From an uncultured Flavobacteriales bacterium (lineage in GTDB: Bacteria > Bacteroidota > Bacteroidia > Flavobacteriales_D > Sanyastnellaceae), in contig CALSRC010000013.1 in NCBI GenBank assembly GCA_943788645.1, positions 15,060 through 79,059 of the forward strand: DNA of 64,000 nucleotides, in the 5' to 3' direction. Shown here piece by piece: positions 9,191-20,373 of the stretch. The notes below the pieces were generated by a model, which saw only the letters and a program-made list of their open reading frames with translations, did no database searches and was not told the DNA's origin. Made by a program: the position numbers and the translations under genes. How positions within the stretch are numbered: the stretch's first letter is position 1; every line of letters starts with the position of its first letter.

Positions 9191-9937
9191 ATGCTATTAG
9201 AAGGAAAAGTCGCCATCATCACAGGCGCATCACGCGGAATTGGCAAAGCCATCGCACAAGAGTTTGTTCAGCAAGGAGCAACCGTAGCCTTTACGTATCA
9301 TTCCTCCGAGGAGAAAGCACGTGCCTTGGAAGCCGAGCTAACCCAAAACGGCGGCAAGGTGAGAGGTTTCAAATCCGATGCCGCTCAAATGGATCAGGCT
9401 GAAGTCTTGGTCAAGGATGTAGTCGATGCATTCGGAACGGTGGACATTGTCGTCAACAATGCAGGAATAACAGACGATACCTTGCTCATGCGAATGAATG
9501 AAGACCAGTGGGATCGAGTCATCAATGTCAACCTCAAATCATGCTTCGCATTGACCAAGGCGGTTATGCGGACCATGCTCAAAGCGCGCGCTGGAAGCAT
9601 CATCAATGTGAGCTCCGTTGTCGGCGTTCAAGGCAATGCGGGACAAGCCAATTACGCTGCCTCCAAAGCGGGCATTCTCGGGTTTACAAAATCTGTCGCG
9701 TTGGAGTTAGGCTCCCGCAACATCCGATGCAATGCCATCGCTCCCGGATTTATTGAAACGGAAATGACGGCCTCTTTGGATGAAAACACGGTACAAGGCT
9801 GGCGAGATGCGATACCATTAAAGCGCGGCGGTCAACCAGAAGATGTGGCGCAATTGTGCACTTTTCTTGCCAGCGATATGAGTTCCTACATCACCGGTCA
9901 GACCATCTGCATCGACGGCGGGATGATCACGGCATGA
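9191..9937 (+). CDS. fabG: 3-oxoacyl-[acyl-carrier-protein] reductase
   Basis: 'TGASRGIGKAIA' is the cofactor-binding motif and 'YAASKAG' holds the catalytic Tyr/Lys. The 248-aa size fits. Confidence 0.9.
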   Translation: MLLEGKVAIITGASRGIGKAIAQEFVQQGATVAFTYHSSEEKARALEAELTQNGGKVRGFKSDAAQMDQAEVLVKDVVDAFGTVDIVVNNAGITDDTLLMRMNEDQWDRVINVNLKSCFALTKAVMRTMLKARAGSIINVSSVVGVQGNAGQANYAASKAGILGFTKSVALELGSRNIRCNAIAPGFIETEMTASLDENTVQGWRDAIPLKRGGQPEDVAQLCTFLASDMSSYITGQTICIDGGMITA

Positions 9938-9957
9938 GCCCATCCATCATCTGAACT

Positions 9958-12153
9958 ATGCTGCTTCAATTGGACATACCGCGTGACTGGATCGTGGAGG
10001 TCGAAGCCTGGCAGTGGTTCATTGTCGTTGGCGCAGCAGCACTCATGGCATTCTGGCTTTATGGCTGGAGGGCCGGCATTGGTCGCAAAAGCACGGGGAG
10101 TGGTCTATCCCATATAGGACGCTTGCTGTTGGGCACCATGCGGTTCATAACGTTGGTTGGCTTGGGGTTTTTGTTGCTGGAACCTTTAATCCGCAGCCAG
10201 TTATTCGATGAGGAGCCACCGCTAGCCGTCGTGCTGATGGACGAAAGCGCATCCGTTTTCGCACGCGGTGATTCTGCTGCTGAGACACAACAAATTCTCG
10301 ATTGGGTTGAAGGACTCCAAACCTCGATTGAAAACGCCGGAATGGTCGCAGAATGGTATGGTTTTGAGAAACAACTGAGGCCGGTTATGAGCAACTCCGA
10401 TACCGCTTGGACGTGGTCGGGAAGCCAAACCAACCTCGACGCGGCCGTCCGAGAACTCTCTGCCCGCATAGAAAACCGCAACATTGCAGGAATCATTCTA
10501 GCGAGTGACGGACTGGTCAACCGAGGCGCATCGCCTGACTTTGGAATAGAATGGCCGAATGTACCTGTCTGGACCCTGGGCCTTGGAGATACGACCAAGG
10601 TGAAAGACCGCTGGATCAGTCGAGTCAATCACAACCCAATTGCTTATTTGGGGAACACTTTTCCTATGGAGGTTTTCATCGAATCTCAGGGGCTAAAAGG
10701 AGAGACCGCCCAAATTCAGGTGTACCATCGTGGGGAGTTATTGGAGTCCCAACGATGGACAACATCAGCCGAAAAAGAAATTCAGAAATGTGCGTTTCAA
10801 CTTCCGGCTACCGACGTGGGAATGCAACGCTACGAGCTGCGCATTGCATTGAACAACAAAGAAGTTGATCCGAGCAATAACCGCCGAGTTTTTTATGTTG
10901 AAGTACTCGAAAGCCGCAAAGTCATTGCTTGCATCGCTGCTTCTCCTCATCCTGATTTGGGTGCCATCCGCATGGCTTTGGCTGAATTAGAACCTTATGA
11001 AATACGGTCATTTCAACTGGCCAATCTGCAGGACGCAGAAGCCTTGAATGAGGCCATTCGTAGTTCGGATGTGATCATAGCGCATGACTTGATTGGAGAA
11101 TCTTGGGGAGGTATACCTTGGACCCAGCTCATTGCCATGAATGGCGTGCCTGTGTGGTGGTGGGCGGCTTCGGAATCCACTTGGTCGTATTTACAGCAGC
11201 CCAATACCTTAGGTGTCGAGATGTCACGTTCTGGCGACCTCAATCAAATCCACCGGGCTCGAATCAATCCGTCTTTTACTGCGCTGGAATTTCCCAACGG
11301 GACGGAAGAAGCGATTCGGGAATGGCCACCAATGCAGGGTCCTTTTGAACAAACCACGTGGTCTCCTGCCTGGTCTCCATTGATGTATCGGCAATTTGGA
11401 GACATCGAAACCAACGATGCATTCTGGGCAATTCGAGGCGGAGCAGCGGGGACGATCGGAGCAGCAGGTTCCCGTCAAATCCTTTCCATTGGCGAGGGCC
11501 TCTGGCGATGGCGGATGCGCAACTACGTCCAAAACGGAGACCACTCGGTCTTTAACCGTTTCATTCAACAGCAGGTGCAATTTCTCGCCGCCAAGGACGT
11601 CAGAAAGCGTCTGATGGTTCAAACGGAAAAGCGAATCGCCGTGGACGAGCGCATCAATTTTCGCGCCCAGGTTTATGATGCTTCTTGGAGTGCCACGAAA
11701 GAAGCCACTGTCGTTGTTTACTTGACCGACGAAATGGGCCAGGTTTACAATCGGACTTTGCTGTTGTCGGACCAAGGCTATGCCGCTGATTTCGGAAGGA
11801 TGACAGCCGGCAACTACCGATGGAAAGCGACCAGTGAACTCGACGACCAAGTATTCGAAGATTCAGGATCACTTATTGTAGAGGACACCCAGCTCGAACG
11901 CACCAATTTATCGGCTGATCACGGCGTCTTGATGCGAATCTCGAACCAAACAGGAGGAGCCTATATGGGAGAAGTATCCAATACAACGTCTGAGGAACTC
12001 GTTCGGGCGATGGATCAAATGGGCATCCCCACGCCCATCCTCCATGAGCAAACCACATTACGAGATGCAGTCGAATGGATTGCATTACTCCTATTCATTA
12101 TCGCCTTGCTTACCGCAGAATGGATCATCCGGCGCCGGACCATCGGATATTGA
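9958..12153 (+). CDS. vWA-like membrane protein (N-terminal double TM, C-terminal TM anchor)
   Basis: 'VLMDESASV' is a MIDAS-like DxSxS motif. There are hydrophobic N-terminal helices and a terminal 'IALLLFIIALLTAEWIIRRR' anchor. Confidence 0.6.
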   Translation: MLLQLDIPRDWIVEVEAWQWFIVVGAAALMAFWLYGWRAGIGRKSTGSGLSHIGRLLLGTMRFITLVGLGFLLLEPLIRSQLFDEEPPLAVVLMDESASVFARGDSAAETQQILDWVEGLQTSIENAGMVAEWYGFEKQLRPVMSNSDTAWTWSGSQTNLDAAVRELSARIENRNIAGIILASDGLVNRGASPDFGIEWPNVPVWTLGLGDTTKVKDRWISRVNHNPIAYLGNTFPMEVFIESQGLKGETAQIQVYHRGELLESQRWTTSAEKEIQKCAFQLPATDVGMQRYELRIALNNKEVDPSNNRRVFYVEVLESRKVIACIAASPHPDLGAIRMALAELEPYEIRSFQLANLQDAEALNEAIRSSDVIIAHDLIGESWGGIPWTQLIAMNGVPVWWWAASESTWSYLQQPNTLGVEMSRSGDLNQIHRARINPSFTALEFPNGTEEAIREWPPMQGPFEQTTWSPAWSPLMYRQFGDIETNDAFWAIRGGAAGTIGAAGSRQILSIGEGLWRWRMRNYVQNGDHSVFNRFIQQQVQFLAAKDVRKRLMVQTEKRIAVDERINFRAQVYDASWSATKEATVVVYLTDEMGQVYNRTLLLSDQGYAADFGRMTAGNYRWKATSELDDQVFEDSGSLIVEDTQLERTNLSADHGVLMRISNQTGGAYMGEVSNTTSEELVRAMDQMGIPTPILHEQTTLRDAVEWIALLLFIIALLTAEWIIRRRTIGY

Positions 12154-12231
12154 ATTCCATCGACTTGAAAAAAATGCCAATTCGACGCGTTGGTGAGACA
12201 TCCGACTCGAGTCCTGCCTTAGATTTGAGCT

Positions 12232-13062
12232 ATGTCACAACAACCCAACCCAGCCAACATGCGACGATTGCTTATCGTTACGTTGGTATTAGGCCCCATT
12301 CTTCTGCTTTGGGGATCGCTCACAGTCAACATTCCCTCAGGCCATGCCGGTCTGTTATTTCACACCTTCGGTGCAGGCATTGACCCAGCGGATGAGCCGT
12401 TGAATTCAGGCTTTCATTTCAAAGCGCCTTGGAATAAGGTATATGATTATGAAATTCGCCAAAAGGACAGGATGGAGCGTTTGGAAGTCCTCAGCTCCAA
12501 CTTACTCAAAATCGAAATGGACTTGACTGTGTTTTACCAACCCGACTTCCAGTCTCTGGGCTTATTGGAAATCGAGCGCGGAAAGAACTATGAAGAGAAG
12601 GTCGTCGTTCCTGCGATGCGATCTGTTGCGCGTGAGGTCATCGCAAAGTACCTTCCCGAAGAGTTCAACACAACCCGAAGGGATGAGATTCAATCGGAAA
12701 TCGACGAACGGATGCGCGAAAAACTGTCAGAAAATTACTTGCAGCTGAATGACGTGCTGATCCGTAACATTAGCTTGCCGAAGAAGTTAGAGGAAGCCAT
12801 CGAACGCAAATTGCAGCAGGAACAAGAATCGTTGGAGTACGAGTTTCGTCTTGAGAAAGCATCGAAAGAGGCTCAGCGGATGCGAATTGAAGCAGAAGGC
12901 ATTCGAGACTACCAGGAAATTGTGTCGCGTGGCATCAGCCAAGAATTGCTGAAGTGGAAAGGAATTGAAGCAACATCAGCTTTGGCTAACAGCCCCAACA
13001 CGAAGGTTGTTGTCATCGGTTCAGCCAAAGACGGTCTACCGCTTATCCTGGGAGACAATTAA
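12232..13062 (+). CDS. SPFH/band-7 (prohibitin/HflC-like) protein
   Basis: N-terminal TM, an SPFH-like core, and a charged coiled region 'LQQEQESLEYEFRLEKASKEAQRMRIEAEG'. Confidence 0.75.
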   Translation: MSQQPNPANMRRLLIVTLVLGPILLLWGSLTVNIPSGHAGLLFHTFGAGIDPADEPLNSGFHFKAPWNKVYDYEIRQKDRMERLEVLSSNLLKIEMDLTVFYQPDFQSLGLLEIERGKNYEEKVVVPAMRSVAREVIAKYLPEEFNTTRRDEIQSEIDERMREKLSENYLQLNDVLIRNISLPKKLEEAIERKLQQEQESLEYEFRLEKASKEAQRMRIEAEGIRDYQEIVSRGISQELLKWKGIEATSALANSPNTKVVVIGSAKDGLPLILGDN

Positions 13063-13092
13063 TAAATCACTACAAAACAGCCTGCAAATATC

Positions 13093-13121
13093 AAAAAACC
13101 CCGCCAATGGCGGGGTTTTTT
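13093..13121. terminator. bidirectional intrinsic terminator between the convergent SPFH gene and rpmB
   Basis: Perfect 7-bp stem ccccgcc/ggcgggg with loop aat, flanked by A6 upstream and T6 downstream. Confidence 0.8.
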
Positions 13122-13160
13122 GCTTCGTCCATTGGACGACTGTGCATCAAGTTTCCTGAT

Positions 13161-13403
13161 TCAGGCCTCGACGTAAGTTCCTTTGGCTTTGGCTTGAGCA
13201 ATGGCTGCCTTCAAACCAATCTTGCCGATGGTACGCATGGCAGACGTAGAAACACGCAAAGTAATAAAGGACCCATCCTCAGCATTGAAGAAACGCTTCT
13301 TCTGAAGATTTGGGTAAAACGTACGCTTGGTGCGGCGCTTGGAGTGGGAAACGTTATTTCCTACCATCACTTTCTTACCTGTAAGTTGACATATGCGGCT
13401 CAT
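13161..13403 (-). CDS. rpmB: 50S ribosomal protein L28
   Basis: 'MSRICQLTGKKVMVGNNVSHSKRRTKR' is the L28 N-terminus. Start moved to ATG 13403, giving 80 aa. Confidence 0.9.
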   Translation of the reverse strand: MSRICQLTGKKVMVGNNVSHSKRRTKRTFYPNLQKKRFFNAEDGSFITLRVSTSAMRTIGKIGLKAAIAQAKAKGTYVEA

Positions 13404-13488
13404 GACTGTGCTTTTTCGGACGGCAAAGAAACGAAATAAATCACTCCAATCCAACCGAGAATGCAACTTCTCATGGATTATGTTCGGC

Positions 13489-14736
13489 TTAGGCCGACCT
13501 CAATTCACGCAACAACCAGCCCATGCATTCCAATGCGGTACGCGCGATATTCCGACCGCGGTGATTACCGAGTTGAAGACAACGGGTATGCGTACCCTTA
13601 GGTGACGCCAGCGCGATCCAAATAGTCCCCACCGCCTTTGTCGGAGTAGCTCCACCTGGACCAGCAATTCCGGAAGTAGCCAGCGCATATGTGGTCTTCA
13701 TTGCTTTCCGAACACCCTCAGCCATAGCCCTCACAACCTCTTCGCTTACCGCACCATGGGCCTCGATCAATTGTGCATCGACTCCCAAAACATGTGTTTT
13801 GATTCCGTTCGCATACGCCACAATCGAACCCTCGAAAACCGCACTCGCGCCTGGAATGGCCGTCAAGCGGGCTGCAATCGATCCTCCTGTGCACGACTCC
13901 GCGGTTGACAAACTCGCCTCTGCCCGGCCCAAGGCTGCGATTAGAGCCTCTTCCAGCGACATCCCATCTTCAGCAACAACGTGCTCGCCCGCTTGGTCCA
14001 ACAGCTCTTTCATCGCATCATCCACGCGAGAATCCGCATCTTCACCTATGGAACTGAGTCGAATTCGAACCTGACCAGGCGCCGGTAAATAGGCGATGCC
14101 TATTCCCCGGGACTCCAACCCCTCTTCCCAGTCGTGCACGATAGCGCTCAAAAAACTCTCTCCAATTCCTTGGGTTAATACCGTCTTTTGATAGCGCACT
14201 GGCAGAGACCATTTAGACTCCACCCGGGGCATGACTTCTTCCTCCATCAACCCCTTCATTTCATACGGCACACCGGGCATGCTAACCACCACTTTGTCCT
14301 TGCCTTCGCGCAAGGTGTCAAACCACATCCCCATTGCCGTACCTCTCGGATTCGGCAGAATGACACACGACTCAGGCAAAAGAGCCTGATCGCAATTGGA
14401 AGGAAGCATTTTCAATTTACGCCCTTCAAACCATGCCGTAATCCGATCCAGCACATCTTGATCCAAAACAAGGTCTGTATTGAAGTAATCCGCCAAAGTA
14501 TGCTTGGTTACATCATCCCGTGTAGGCCCCAGTCCTCCTGTTACAAGCACCAAATCCACACGGGACAGCGCCTCATCCAAGGCCGCCGAAATTTCGGAAG
14601 GTCGGTCTGAAATGGACACAATACGATTTACCGATACCCCCTTTTTTCTCAATTCCTCCCCCATCCAAGCGGAATTCGTATCCACTGTCTGTCCCAATAA
14701 CAATTCGTCTCCAATCGTGATGATTTCCGCTTGCAT
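13489..14736 (-). CDS. cinA: CinA family competence/damage-inducible protein (nicotinamide-nucleotide amidase)
   Basis: 'AEIITIGDELLLGQTVDTNS' and 'LVLVTGGLGPTRDD' are MoCF-biosynthesis-like, followed by a C-terminal CinA domain. Confidence 0.85.
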   Translation of the reverse strand: MQAEIITIGDELLLGQTVDTNSAWMGEELRKKGVSVNRIVSISDRPSEISAALDEALSRVDLVLVTGGLGPTRDDVTKHTLADYFNTDLVLDQDVLDRITAWFEGRKLKMLPSNCDQALLPESCVILPNPRGTAMGMWFDTLREGKDKVVVSMPGVPYEMKGLMEEEVMPRVESKWSLPVRYQKTVLTQGIGESFLSAIVHDWEEGLESRGIGIAYLPAPGQVRIRLSSIGEDADSRVDDAMKELLDQAGEHVVAEDGMSLEEALIAALGRAEASLSTAESCTGGSIAARLTAIPGASAVFEGSIVAYANGIKTHVLGVDAQLIEAHGAVSEEVVRAMAEGVRKAMKTTYALATSGIAGPGGATPTKAVGTIWIALASPKGTHTRCLQLGNHRGRNIARTALECMGWLLRELRSA

Positions 14737-14765
14737 GCCGCGAAAATACGTCGAGAAAGCAGGGC

Positions 14766-14801
14766 AAAAAAAAAGCCCTCTGCCTCCAAGGCAAAGGGCT
14801 T
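14766..14801 (-). terminator. rho-independent terminator after the BNR/T9SS gene
   Basis: On the minus strand: aagccctttgcc-ttgga-ggcagagggctt (one G.U pair), followed by a run of 9 T. Confidence 0.7.
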
Positions 14802-14820
14802 CATATAAATCTATTTACAC

Positions 14821-16743
14821 CTATTGAATTGCCAAACGGATCACAGCTTGGTGATCACCTTGAGCAATGTTGACCAAGTAAATGCCTGGTGCCCAGTCTG
14901 AAGTTTCGATTCGTTCCACCAAGGCTGAAGTCTGCAAGGAAAGCACTTGCCGTCCGGTCATGCTCCAAACAACGATCTGGTGAGCTCCCGGTCGGTTGAT
15001 GACCAATTCAACTTGGTCGTCCGCAGGGTTCGGGTACAAAGAGATATCGTTCAAATCAATGGGCTCCGCAATGCCAACCCAATCCTCATATTCCAGCGTC
15101 GCACAATCGCCCAAGTCATCTGCAGGCACGCGCAAGTGAACAATGTCATTGATATCCGCTGGATCCTCATCACCGCGGACATGCAATCCTGGCTCGAAAT
15201 CACGCTGATAGATGATCTCCAATTGACCATTCACGACGTCTGGAGCAATGGATCCAAACACCGCTTCGTAGCCGTCGTAATCTTCATCAGGAGTTAAATC
15301 ACATGCCTCTTCCGCGTTCCATGACAAGCCCCCATCCATCGAGTGCACTAAAAATTGGTGACGATAATTCTGAGCTCCCGTGGAGAAATTCTCCATGATG
15401 GCAGAATAGGTCACGTACAGGTTGCCCGAGGCATCCGAAGCAATGCTCGGGAATCCAGCGCATCCGACATAGTACGCAGCAATTTCATCAAAATCCAACG
15501 TGCCACTTTCATCGTAATCAAAGGAATAACCAATGATTTGGGCACTATCTGCACCCATGGATTCATTCCAGTAAGCCAATCCATTGGTACCGGGGAAGTA
15601 GCTCGTGGTTCCGTCAATGGTGTCGGCATCCATATAGTACATACTCCCGTAAGAGACATGTACTTGTCCGTAAGTATCAATGTGCACATCTCCTGCACCG
15701 TCCGTATTGAAATACTCTTGGAACAAACCATCATCGTTGTAATCTTCCGCAAATTCCTCGCCTTCTGGCAAACCCATATCTGCGACATACAAATCCACAG
15801 GGAAGTCTACGAGCAATTGCTTTGTCCACGTTTCTCCGTTGTCTTGGGAAATCATCACGAATGAATCGCTGAAATCGTTGAATGATGCGAACGCAACCGT
15901 ATTGCCTCGCGCATGAATAGCGTACGTATCCCCGCTGAAGTTGGCGAAATTCGAGCTATCCAAATCGGCAAATGAATGGTCTATCATGTCCCATGTATCG
16001 CCGCCATCTTGTGATCGGTAATACAAAAGGGCGCCGTCTTGGCCGTTGTAAAGAACTCCTCCATTGCCTTCGGGTGTGGTGATGCAAATCACGTGGAGGC
16101 TGTTTCCATCCTCTCCACCAGCGGCCATACGGGGCCACAATTTCCCGACTTCAAGGTCGCTCGGCACGGAAGCTTCACTCCAAGCTCCGGCACCGGCATC
16201 CCGCCAAGCCATGTGCAAGGGTGTATCGATGCCAGGGTGACTCACCACCACCTCGCGTCCACTTGCTGTGTGCACGATGGAGGGCCAACCAATTCGAACC
16301 GATTCGATGCGCTCGTAAGCTACTTCTCCCCAGGCCGTGCCATCATAGAAATTATAGCCTGTTCCTCGATCGCTGAATGGCGTCAACTCCAAACTCATTG
16401 TCCATGCTGCAGAAACGGCCTCGCCGCCTCCAGCCATGCGGTCATCGATCGCCGCATTGGATTGTAAATCATACTGTGTGTAGCCAATCACTTGACGTTG
16501 GACCACAAGATCACGGTTTTGAATGTGCTCAAGATCCGTGTCCGATTGACCTTCCAAAGGCTGTTGTGGACGGTCGGAAAAATCCGCGATTGCCACGGTG
16601 GGCATCGGAGCCGCCACACGCATAGCTGGAGCCAATTGAGGGACATCTTGAAGAATGGTTTGGCCAGTTGATTGGACTGATTGAGTCCATCCTAAACCGG
16701 CGATAGTCGCCCACATCAGAACGACAAGGGTAAAGTGCTTCAT
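14821..16743 (-). CDS. secreted BNR/Asp-box repeat (sialidase-fold-like) protein with T9SS C-terminal sorting domain
   Basis: Signal peptide and Asp-boxes 'SQDGGDTW', 'SQDNGETW' and 'SMDGGLSW'. The C-terminal 'LYPNPADDQVELVI...GIYLVNI' is a typical T9SS type A CTD. Confidence 0.8.
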   Translation of the reverse strand: MKHFTLVVLMWATIAGLGWTQSVQSTGQTILQDVPQLAPAMRVAAPMPTVAIADFSDRPQQPLEGQSDTDLEHIQNRDLVVQRQVIGYTQYDLQSNAAIDDRMAGGGEAVSAAWTMSLELTPFSDRGTGYNFYDGTAWGEVAYERIESVRIGWPSIVHTASGREVVVSHPGIDTPLHMAWRDAGAGAWSEASVPSDLEVGKLWPRMAAGGEDGNSLHVICITTPEGNGGVLYNGQDGALLYYRSQDGGDTWDMIDHSFADLDSSNFANFSGDTYAIHARGNTVAFASFNDFSDSFVMISQDNGETWTKQLLVDFPVDLYVADMGLPEGEEFAEDYNDDGLFQEYFNTDGAGDVHIDTYGQVHVSYGSMYYMDADTIDGTTSYFPGTNGLAYWNESMGADSAQIIGYSFDYDESGTLDFDEIAAYYVGCAGFPSIASDASGNLYVTYSAIMENFSTGAQNYRHQFLVHSMDGGLSWNAEEACDLTPDEDYDGYEAVFGSIAPDVVNGQLEIIYQRDFEPGLHVRGDEDPADINDIVHLRVPADDLGDCATLEYEDWVGIAEPIDLNDISLYPNPADDQVELVINRPGAHQIVVWSMTGRQVLSLQTSALVERIETSDWAPGIYLVNIAQGDHQAVIRLAIQ

Positions 16744-16810
16744 GTTGTTTTAGGTTTGAGGTGAAAAAGTACCTCAAAGAACCCAAAAACTCCAATTCTA
16801 CGGGCCTTAG

Positions 16811-17473
16811 TTATTCAGAATGTGCCAATCTGGCCAAAATGCTCTCCCGACCGACCACTTTTTGGTCAAGTTCGACACAGATTTCGGCATCAAGTGGCAA
16901 AAAAACATCGATGCGAGATCCAAATTTGATGAACCCCACCTCATCTCCGGCGTCCAATTCTTGCCCCTCCTTCATGTACCAGCAGATACGACGAGCAACC
17001 GCGCCAGCGATTTGCCGAAACATGACCGTTCCGAATTCACCTTCAACGACGTGGGTCGTCCGCTCGTTTTCGGTACTCGACTTGGGATGCCAAGCCACCA
17101 AATATTTGCCAGGATGATAGCGCGAAGCCAAAACCTTTCCGGAAAGTGGCGCCCACTGAGCATGGACGTTGAGCGGGCTCATGAAAATGCTGACTTGAAT
17201 GCGCTCATCTTTGAACCACTCCGTCTCCTTGACCCGCTCGATAACCACCACTTTCCCATCACTTGGGCACAGAACATCAGCCGGATTCTGAAGACCGATC
17301 TGCCGCGAAGGCATGCGAAAAAAATTAATAACGAGCCCCAGTAGAACAAGTGAGAGCAGCACTCCTATTGCAGTTCCCCACCCTGGGATCAAGGCATGCA
17401 GAAGCGATGTGATTGCAACACCCGTAACAATCGAAACGATTAACGTTGCTTTTCCCTCTCGATGAAACGTCAT
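16811..17473 (-). CDS. psd: phosphatidylserine decarboxylase proenzyme
   Basis: N-terminal TM helices and a 'KFGSRIDVFLP' self-cleavage region. ATGA overlap with cdsA. Confidence 0.85.
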   Translation of the reverse strand: MTFHREGKATLIVSIVTGVAITSLLHALIPGWGTAIGVLLSLVLLGLVINFFRMPSRQIGLQNPADVLCPSDGKVVVIERVKETEWFKDERIQVSIFMSPLNVHAQWAPLSGKVLASRYHPGKYLVAWHPKSSTENERTTHVVEGEFGTVMFRQIAGAVARRICWYMKEGQELDAGDEVGFIKFGSRIDVFLPLDAEICVELDQKVVGRESILARLAHSE

Positions 17474-18120
17474 GGAAGAATGGTTTTCAGAGTGAATTCG
17501 AATGAAAGCAAAGATAGCAGGACGAGGTATACTGGGCCGGTCAGCATAAAGCCATCGAACCGATCCAAAACACCGCCATGGCCCGGCATCAATTTACCTG
17601 AATCTTTGATTCCGTTCCGGCGTTTCCAGGCGCTCTCAATGAGATCTCCTGCTGTCGCTAAAACAGCTACAAGAAGCCCCATCCAAAAAAAATCCCCCCC
17701 CAAAAGACACCAGGCCATCAAAGATGCAAATACCGCACCGCCAAAGAGGCCTTCCCATGATTTTCCTGGAGAGACATGAGGCATCAGCTTATGCTTACCG
17801 AAGGGTTTACCGACGAAATATGCACCCGAATCATTGGTCCAAATGATGAAGATTAAACTCAATAAAGCTGATGGTTCATACGCTCCTGAATTGCACCAAG
17901 GAATTCCAAGGACCATGCACATCCACAATGCAACAAAAGCAGAAAACCCCCAAACAGCAGAAGGCGATGCCTTTTGTGACCCCTGCATGAATTCGCGAAC
18001 GGCCAGCGAGGAAACCACAATCCATAGCACCGCATTGCTCCATGGTCCAAGCGCAACTGCTGCTATGACGATGGCACCGAAGATGATTCCGGTGATCATT
18101 CTCGTGAATGTCTCTTTCAT
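17470..18120 (-). CDS. cdsA: phosphatidate cytidylyltransferase
   Basis: 'SAWKRRNGIKDSGKLMPGHGGVLDRFD' matches the CDP-diglyceride synthase signature. Polytopic membrane protein. Confidence 0.85.
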   Translation of the reverse strand: MKETFTRMITGIIFGAIVIAAVALGPWSNAVLWIVVSSLAVREFMQGSQKASPSAVWGFSAFVALWMCMVLGIPWCNSGAYEPSALLSLIFIIWTNDSGAYFVGKPFGKHKLMPHVSPGKSWEGLFGGAVFASLMAWCLLGGDFFWMGLLVAVLATAGDLIESAWKRRNGIKDSGKLMPGHGGVLDRFDGFMLTGPVYLVLLSLLSFEFTLKTILP

Positions 18121-18341
18121 GATGGGTCCCCTGCGTTTTGCGGGGCATCTTGAGCGAGGATGATGGTTTTCGCGCGCTCGACATCATCATCTTGCACCAA
18201 TAGCTCAACAAATCCAAACAGATAACTGCTGTCCCGTTTATTCAAGACAACGGCCGGGATTTGATGCTCATCGAGCATCGCCCTTCGCAGCTCCACGGCA
18301 GGAGGGAACCCGTCAGAATATACGACAGTCCAGCCGTTCAT
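18117..18341 (-). CDS. DUF2007-like small protein (putative signal-transducing fold)
   Basis: 74 aa, with ATGA overlaps on both sides (the ftsH stop and the cdsA start). Confidence 0.6.
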   Translation of the reverse strand: MNGWTVVYSDGFPPAVELRRAMLDEHQIPAVVLNKRDSSYLFGFVELLVQDDDVERAKTIILAQDAPQNAGDPS

Positions 18342-20365
18342 TCAGAAGGGGTTTCATTCTCTTCAGCAGCTGGTGATTCAGTCTTGTCTGAGCTGGGAAT
18401 GACCTCCTCTGTCTTGTTCGTAGGAACTACATCATTCGCCTTTGGCGCTTGCACTATCGGTTGTTCTGGCTTCTTAAATGGTCGTTCGCCCAATATGCGC
18501 TCAACATCCTCACGGAAGATGACCTCATTTTTCAACAAAGAATCAGCCAGTGCGCTCAACTTATCTGAATTCTTCTGCAGGATCTCTTTGGCACGTAAAT
18601 AAGCGCCTTCAATGAGCTTGCCCACCTCTTCATCAATGATGCGAGACGTCTCTTCAGAATAAGGCTTCGTGAACATTTGGTCCCCCTGACTATCGTAATA
18701 GCTGCGGTTTCCAATGCGATCATTGAGACCATATACCGAAACCATGGCGTAGGCTTGCTTCGTTACTTTCTCCAGATCACTCAGGGCGCCTGTAGAGATT
18801 TTTTCGAACACCAAATCCTCGGCTGCTCGTCCTCCTAAAGCTGCGCACATCTCATCTAACATCTGCTCCGTAGTGGTGATTTGTCGTTCTTCAGGCAAAT
18901 ACCAAGCAGCCCCCAAGGACTGCCCACGAGGCACAATGCTCACCTTGACAAGCGGAGACGCAAACTCAACCAACCAACTTACGACAGCGTGACCCGCCTC
19001 ATGAAACGCAATTGTGCGCTTCTCCTCTTCCGAAATAATTTTGGTCCGCTTCTCGAGCCCCCCGATAATGCGATCAACTGCATCGAGAAAATCTTGGTGA
19101 ACGACCTTCTCCCTTCCTTTTCTTGCCGCAAACAATGCCGCCTCATTGCAAACATTGGCAATATCAGCGCCGCTAAAACCTGGAGTTTGCCTTGACAAGA
19201 ATTCCACATCGATGGACTCGTCCACCTTGATCGGGCGCAAGTGAACTTCGAAAATCGCACGTCGCTCTGTCAAATCTGGCATGTCTACATAGATCTGACG
19301 ATCAAATCTACCCGCTCGCATGAGGGCTTTATCGAGAATGTCTGCACGGTTGGTCGCTGCCAAAATGATCACGCCACTGTTCGTGCCAAACCCATCCATC
19401 TCCGTCAACAATTGGTTCAACGTATTCTCGCGCTCGTCATTCGATCCCATGCTCGCGTTCTTGCCTCGGGCGCGCCCAATAGCGTCAATTTCATCAATGA
19501 AAATAATTGCCGGTGCCTTCTCCTTGGCTTGTTTGAAAAGGTCCCTCACCCTTGACGCCCCAACCCCGACAAACATTTCAACGAAATCAGATCCGCTAAG
19601 TGAAAAGAAGGGGACCTGTGCCTCGCCTGCGACTGCTTTCGCTAGAAGTGTCTTACCGGTACCTGGAGGGCCAACCAACAAAGCTCCTTTGGGGATTTTC
19701 GCTCCCAGATTGGTGTACTTCTCAGGCGCTTTCAAAAACTCGACAATCTCTTCTAGCTCTTCCTTTGCTCCATCCAGCCCAGCGACGTCTTCAAAATTCG
19801 CATCCGTGCCTTTCCCTTTTTCGAACAACTGCGCTTTCGACTTTCCAATATTGAAAATCTGTCCGCTTCCGGCACCACCGCCACCCAAACGCCTCATGAT
19901 CAAGACCCACACCCCGATCATCAATGCAAAAAAGATCACGTAGGTGAACATTTGCTGACCCCACTCGTTCACCGGCTCATACACATAATCGAAGTCATTG
20001 GACTCCGAAAGCGTCTTCAGGTCTTGCAAGTAGGCATCTCCTGCAGGCACATTTAACCAATAGTCTGCTCCTTGATAAACGGACTTCAACAGCCCGGGTT
20101 CCTCTGAGTCATCCCGCATGGATTCACGCGCTGAATCCTTGAGGTAAACGCTCGCTCGTTGACCATCAAAAACCAACCGCTTGATCTTTCCGCCCTCGAT
20201 GTAAGATTTAAATTCAGACCATTGAATTTCTCGGCCATCTTGGCTGCTATTCATCATCAACATCCCGAGAAGCAGGACACCTATAATGGCATAAATCCAA
20301 TAAAAGTTCATCGACGGTTTCCCGTCTCCTTTGTTGCCCGGAGGCTGATTCTGCTTGTCTTCCAT
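18338..20365 (-). CDS. ftsH: ATP-dependent zinc metalloprotease FtsH
   Basis: Walker A 'GPPGTGKT' and zinc motif 'HEAGHA'. The track start at 20377 is a TTG overlapping the rsfS stop. The first ATG ('MEDKQNQ') is at 20365, and either could be used. Confidence 0.9.
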   Translation of the reverse strand: MEDKQNQPPGNKGDGKPSMNFYWIYAIIGVLLLGMLMMNSSQDGREIQWSEFKSYIEGGKIKRLVFDGQRASVYLKDSARESMRDDSEEPGLLKSVYQGADYWLNVPAGDAYLQDLKTLSESNDFDYVYEPVNEWGQQMFTYVIFFALMIGVWVLIMRRLGGGGAGSGQIFNIGKSKAQLFEKGKGTDANFEDVAGLDGAKEELEEIVEFLKAPEKYTNLGAKIPKGALLVGPPGTGKTLLAKAVAGEAQVPFFSLSGSDFVEMFVGVGASRVRDLFKQAKEKAPAIIFIDEIDAIGRARGKNASMGSNDERENTLNQLLTEMDGFGTNSGVIILAATNRADILDKALMRAGRFDRQIYVDMPDLTERRAIFEVHLRPIKVDESIDVEFLSRQTPGFSGADIANVCNEAALFAARKGREKVVHQDFLDAVDRIIGGLEKRTKIISEEEKRTIAFHEAGHAVVSWLVEFASPLVKVSIVPRGQSLGAAWYLPEERQITTTEQMLDEMCAALGGRAAEDLVFEKISTGALSDLEKVTKQAYAMVSVYGLNDRIGNRSYYDSQGDQMFTKPYSEETSRIIDEEVGKLIEGAYLRAKEILQKNSDKLSALADSLLKNEVIFREDVERILGERPFKKPEQPIVQAPKANDVVPTNKTEEVIPSSDKTESPAAEENETPSE

Positions 20366-20373
20366 TGATGTAT

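Noticed and set aside
10059-11850. 189-aa and 208-aa minus-strand ORFs inside the vWA-like gene
   Set aside because: They are antisense shadow ORFs with Arg/Ser/Pro-rich translations and no motifs.
19320-19943. 207-aa plus-strand ORF inside ftsH
   Set aside because: It is antisense to the AAA+ core of FtsH and its translation is Ser/Pro/Ala-rich nonsense.
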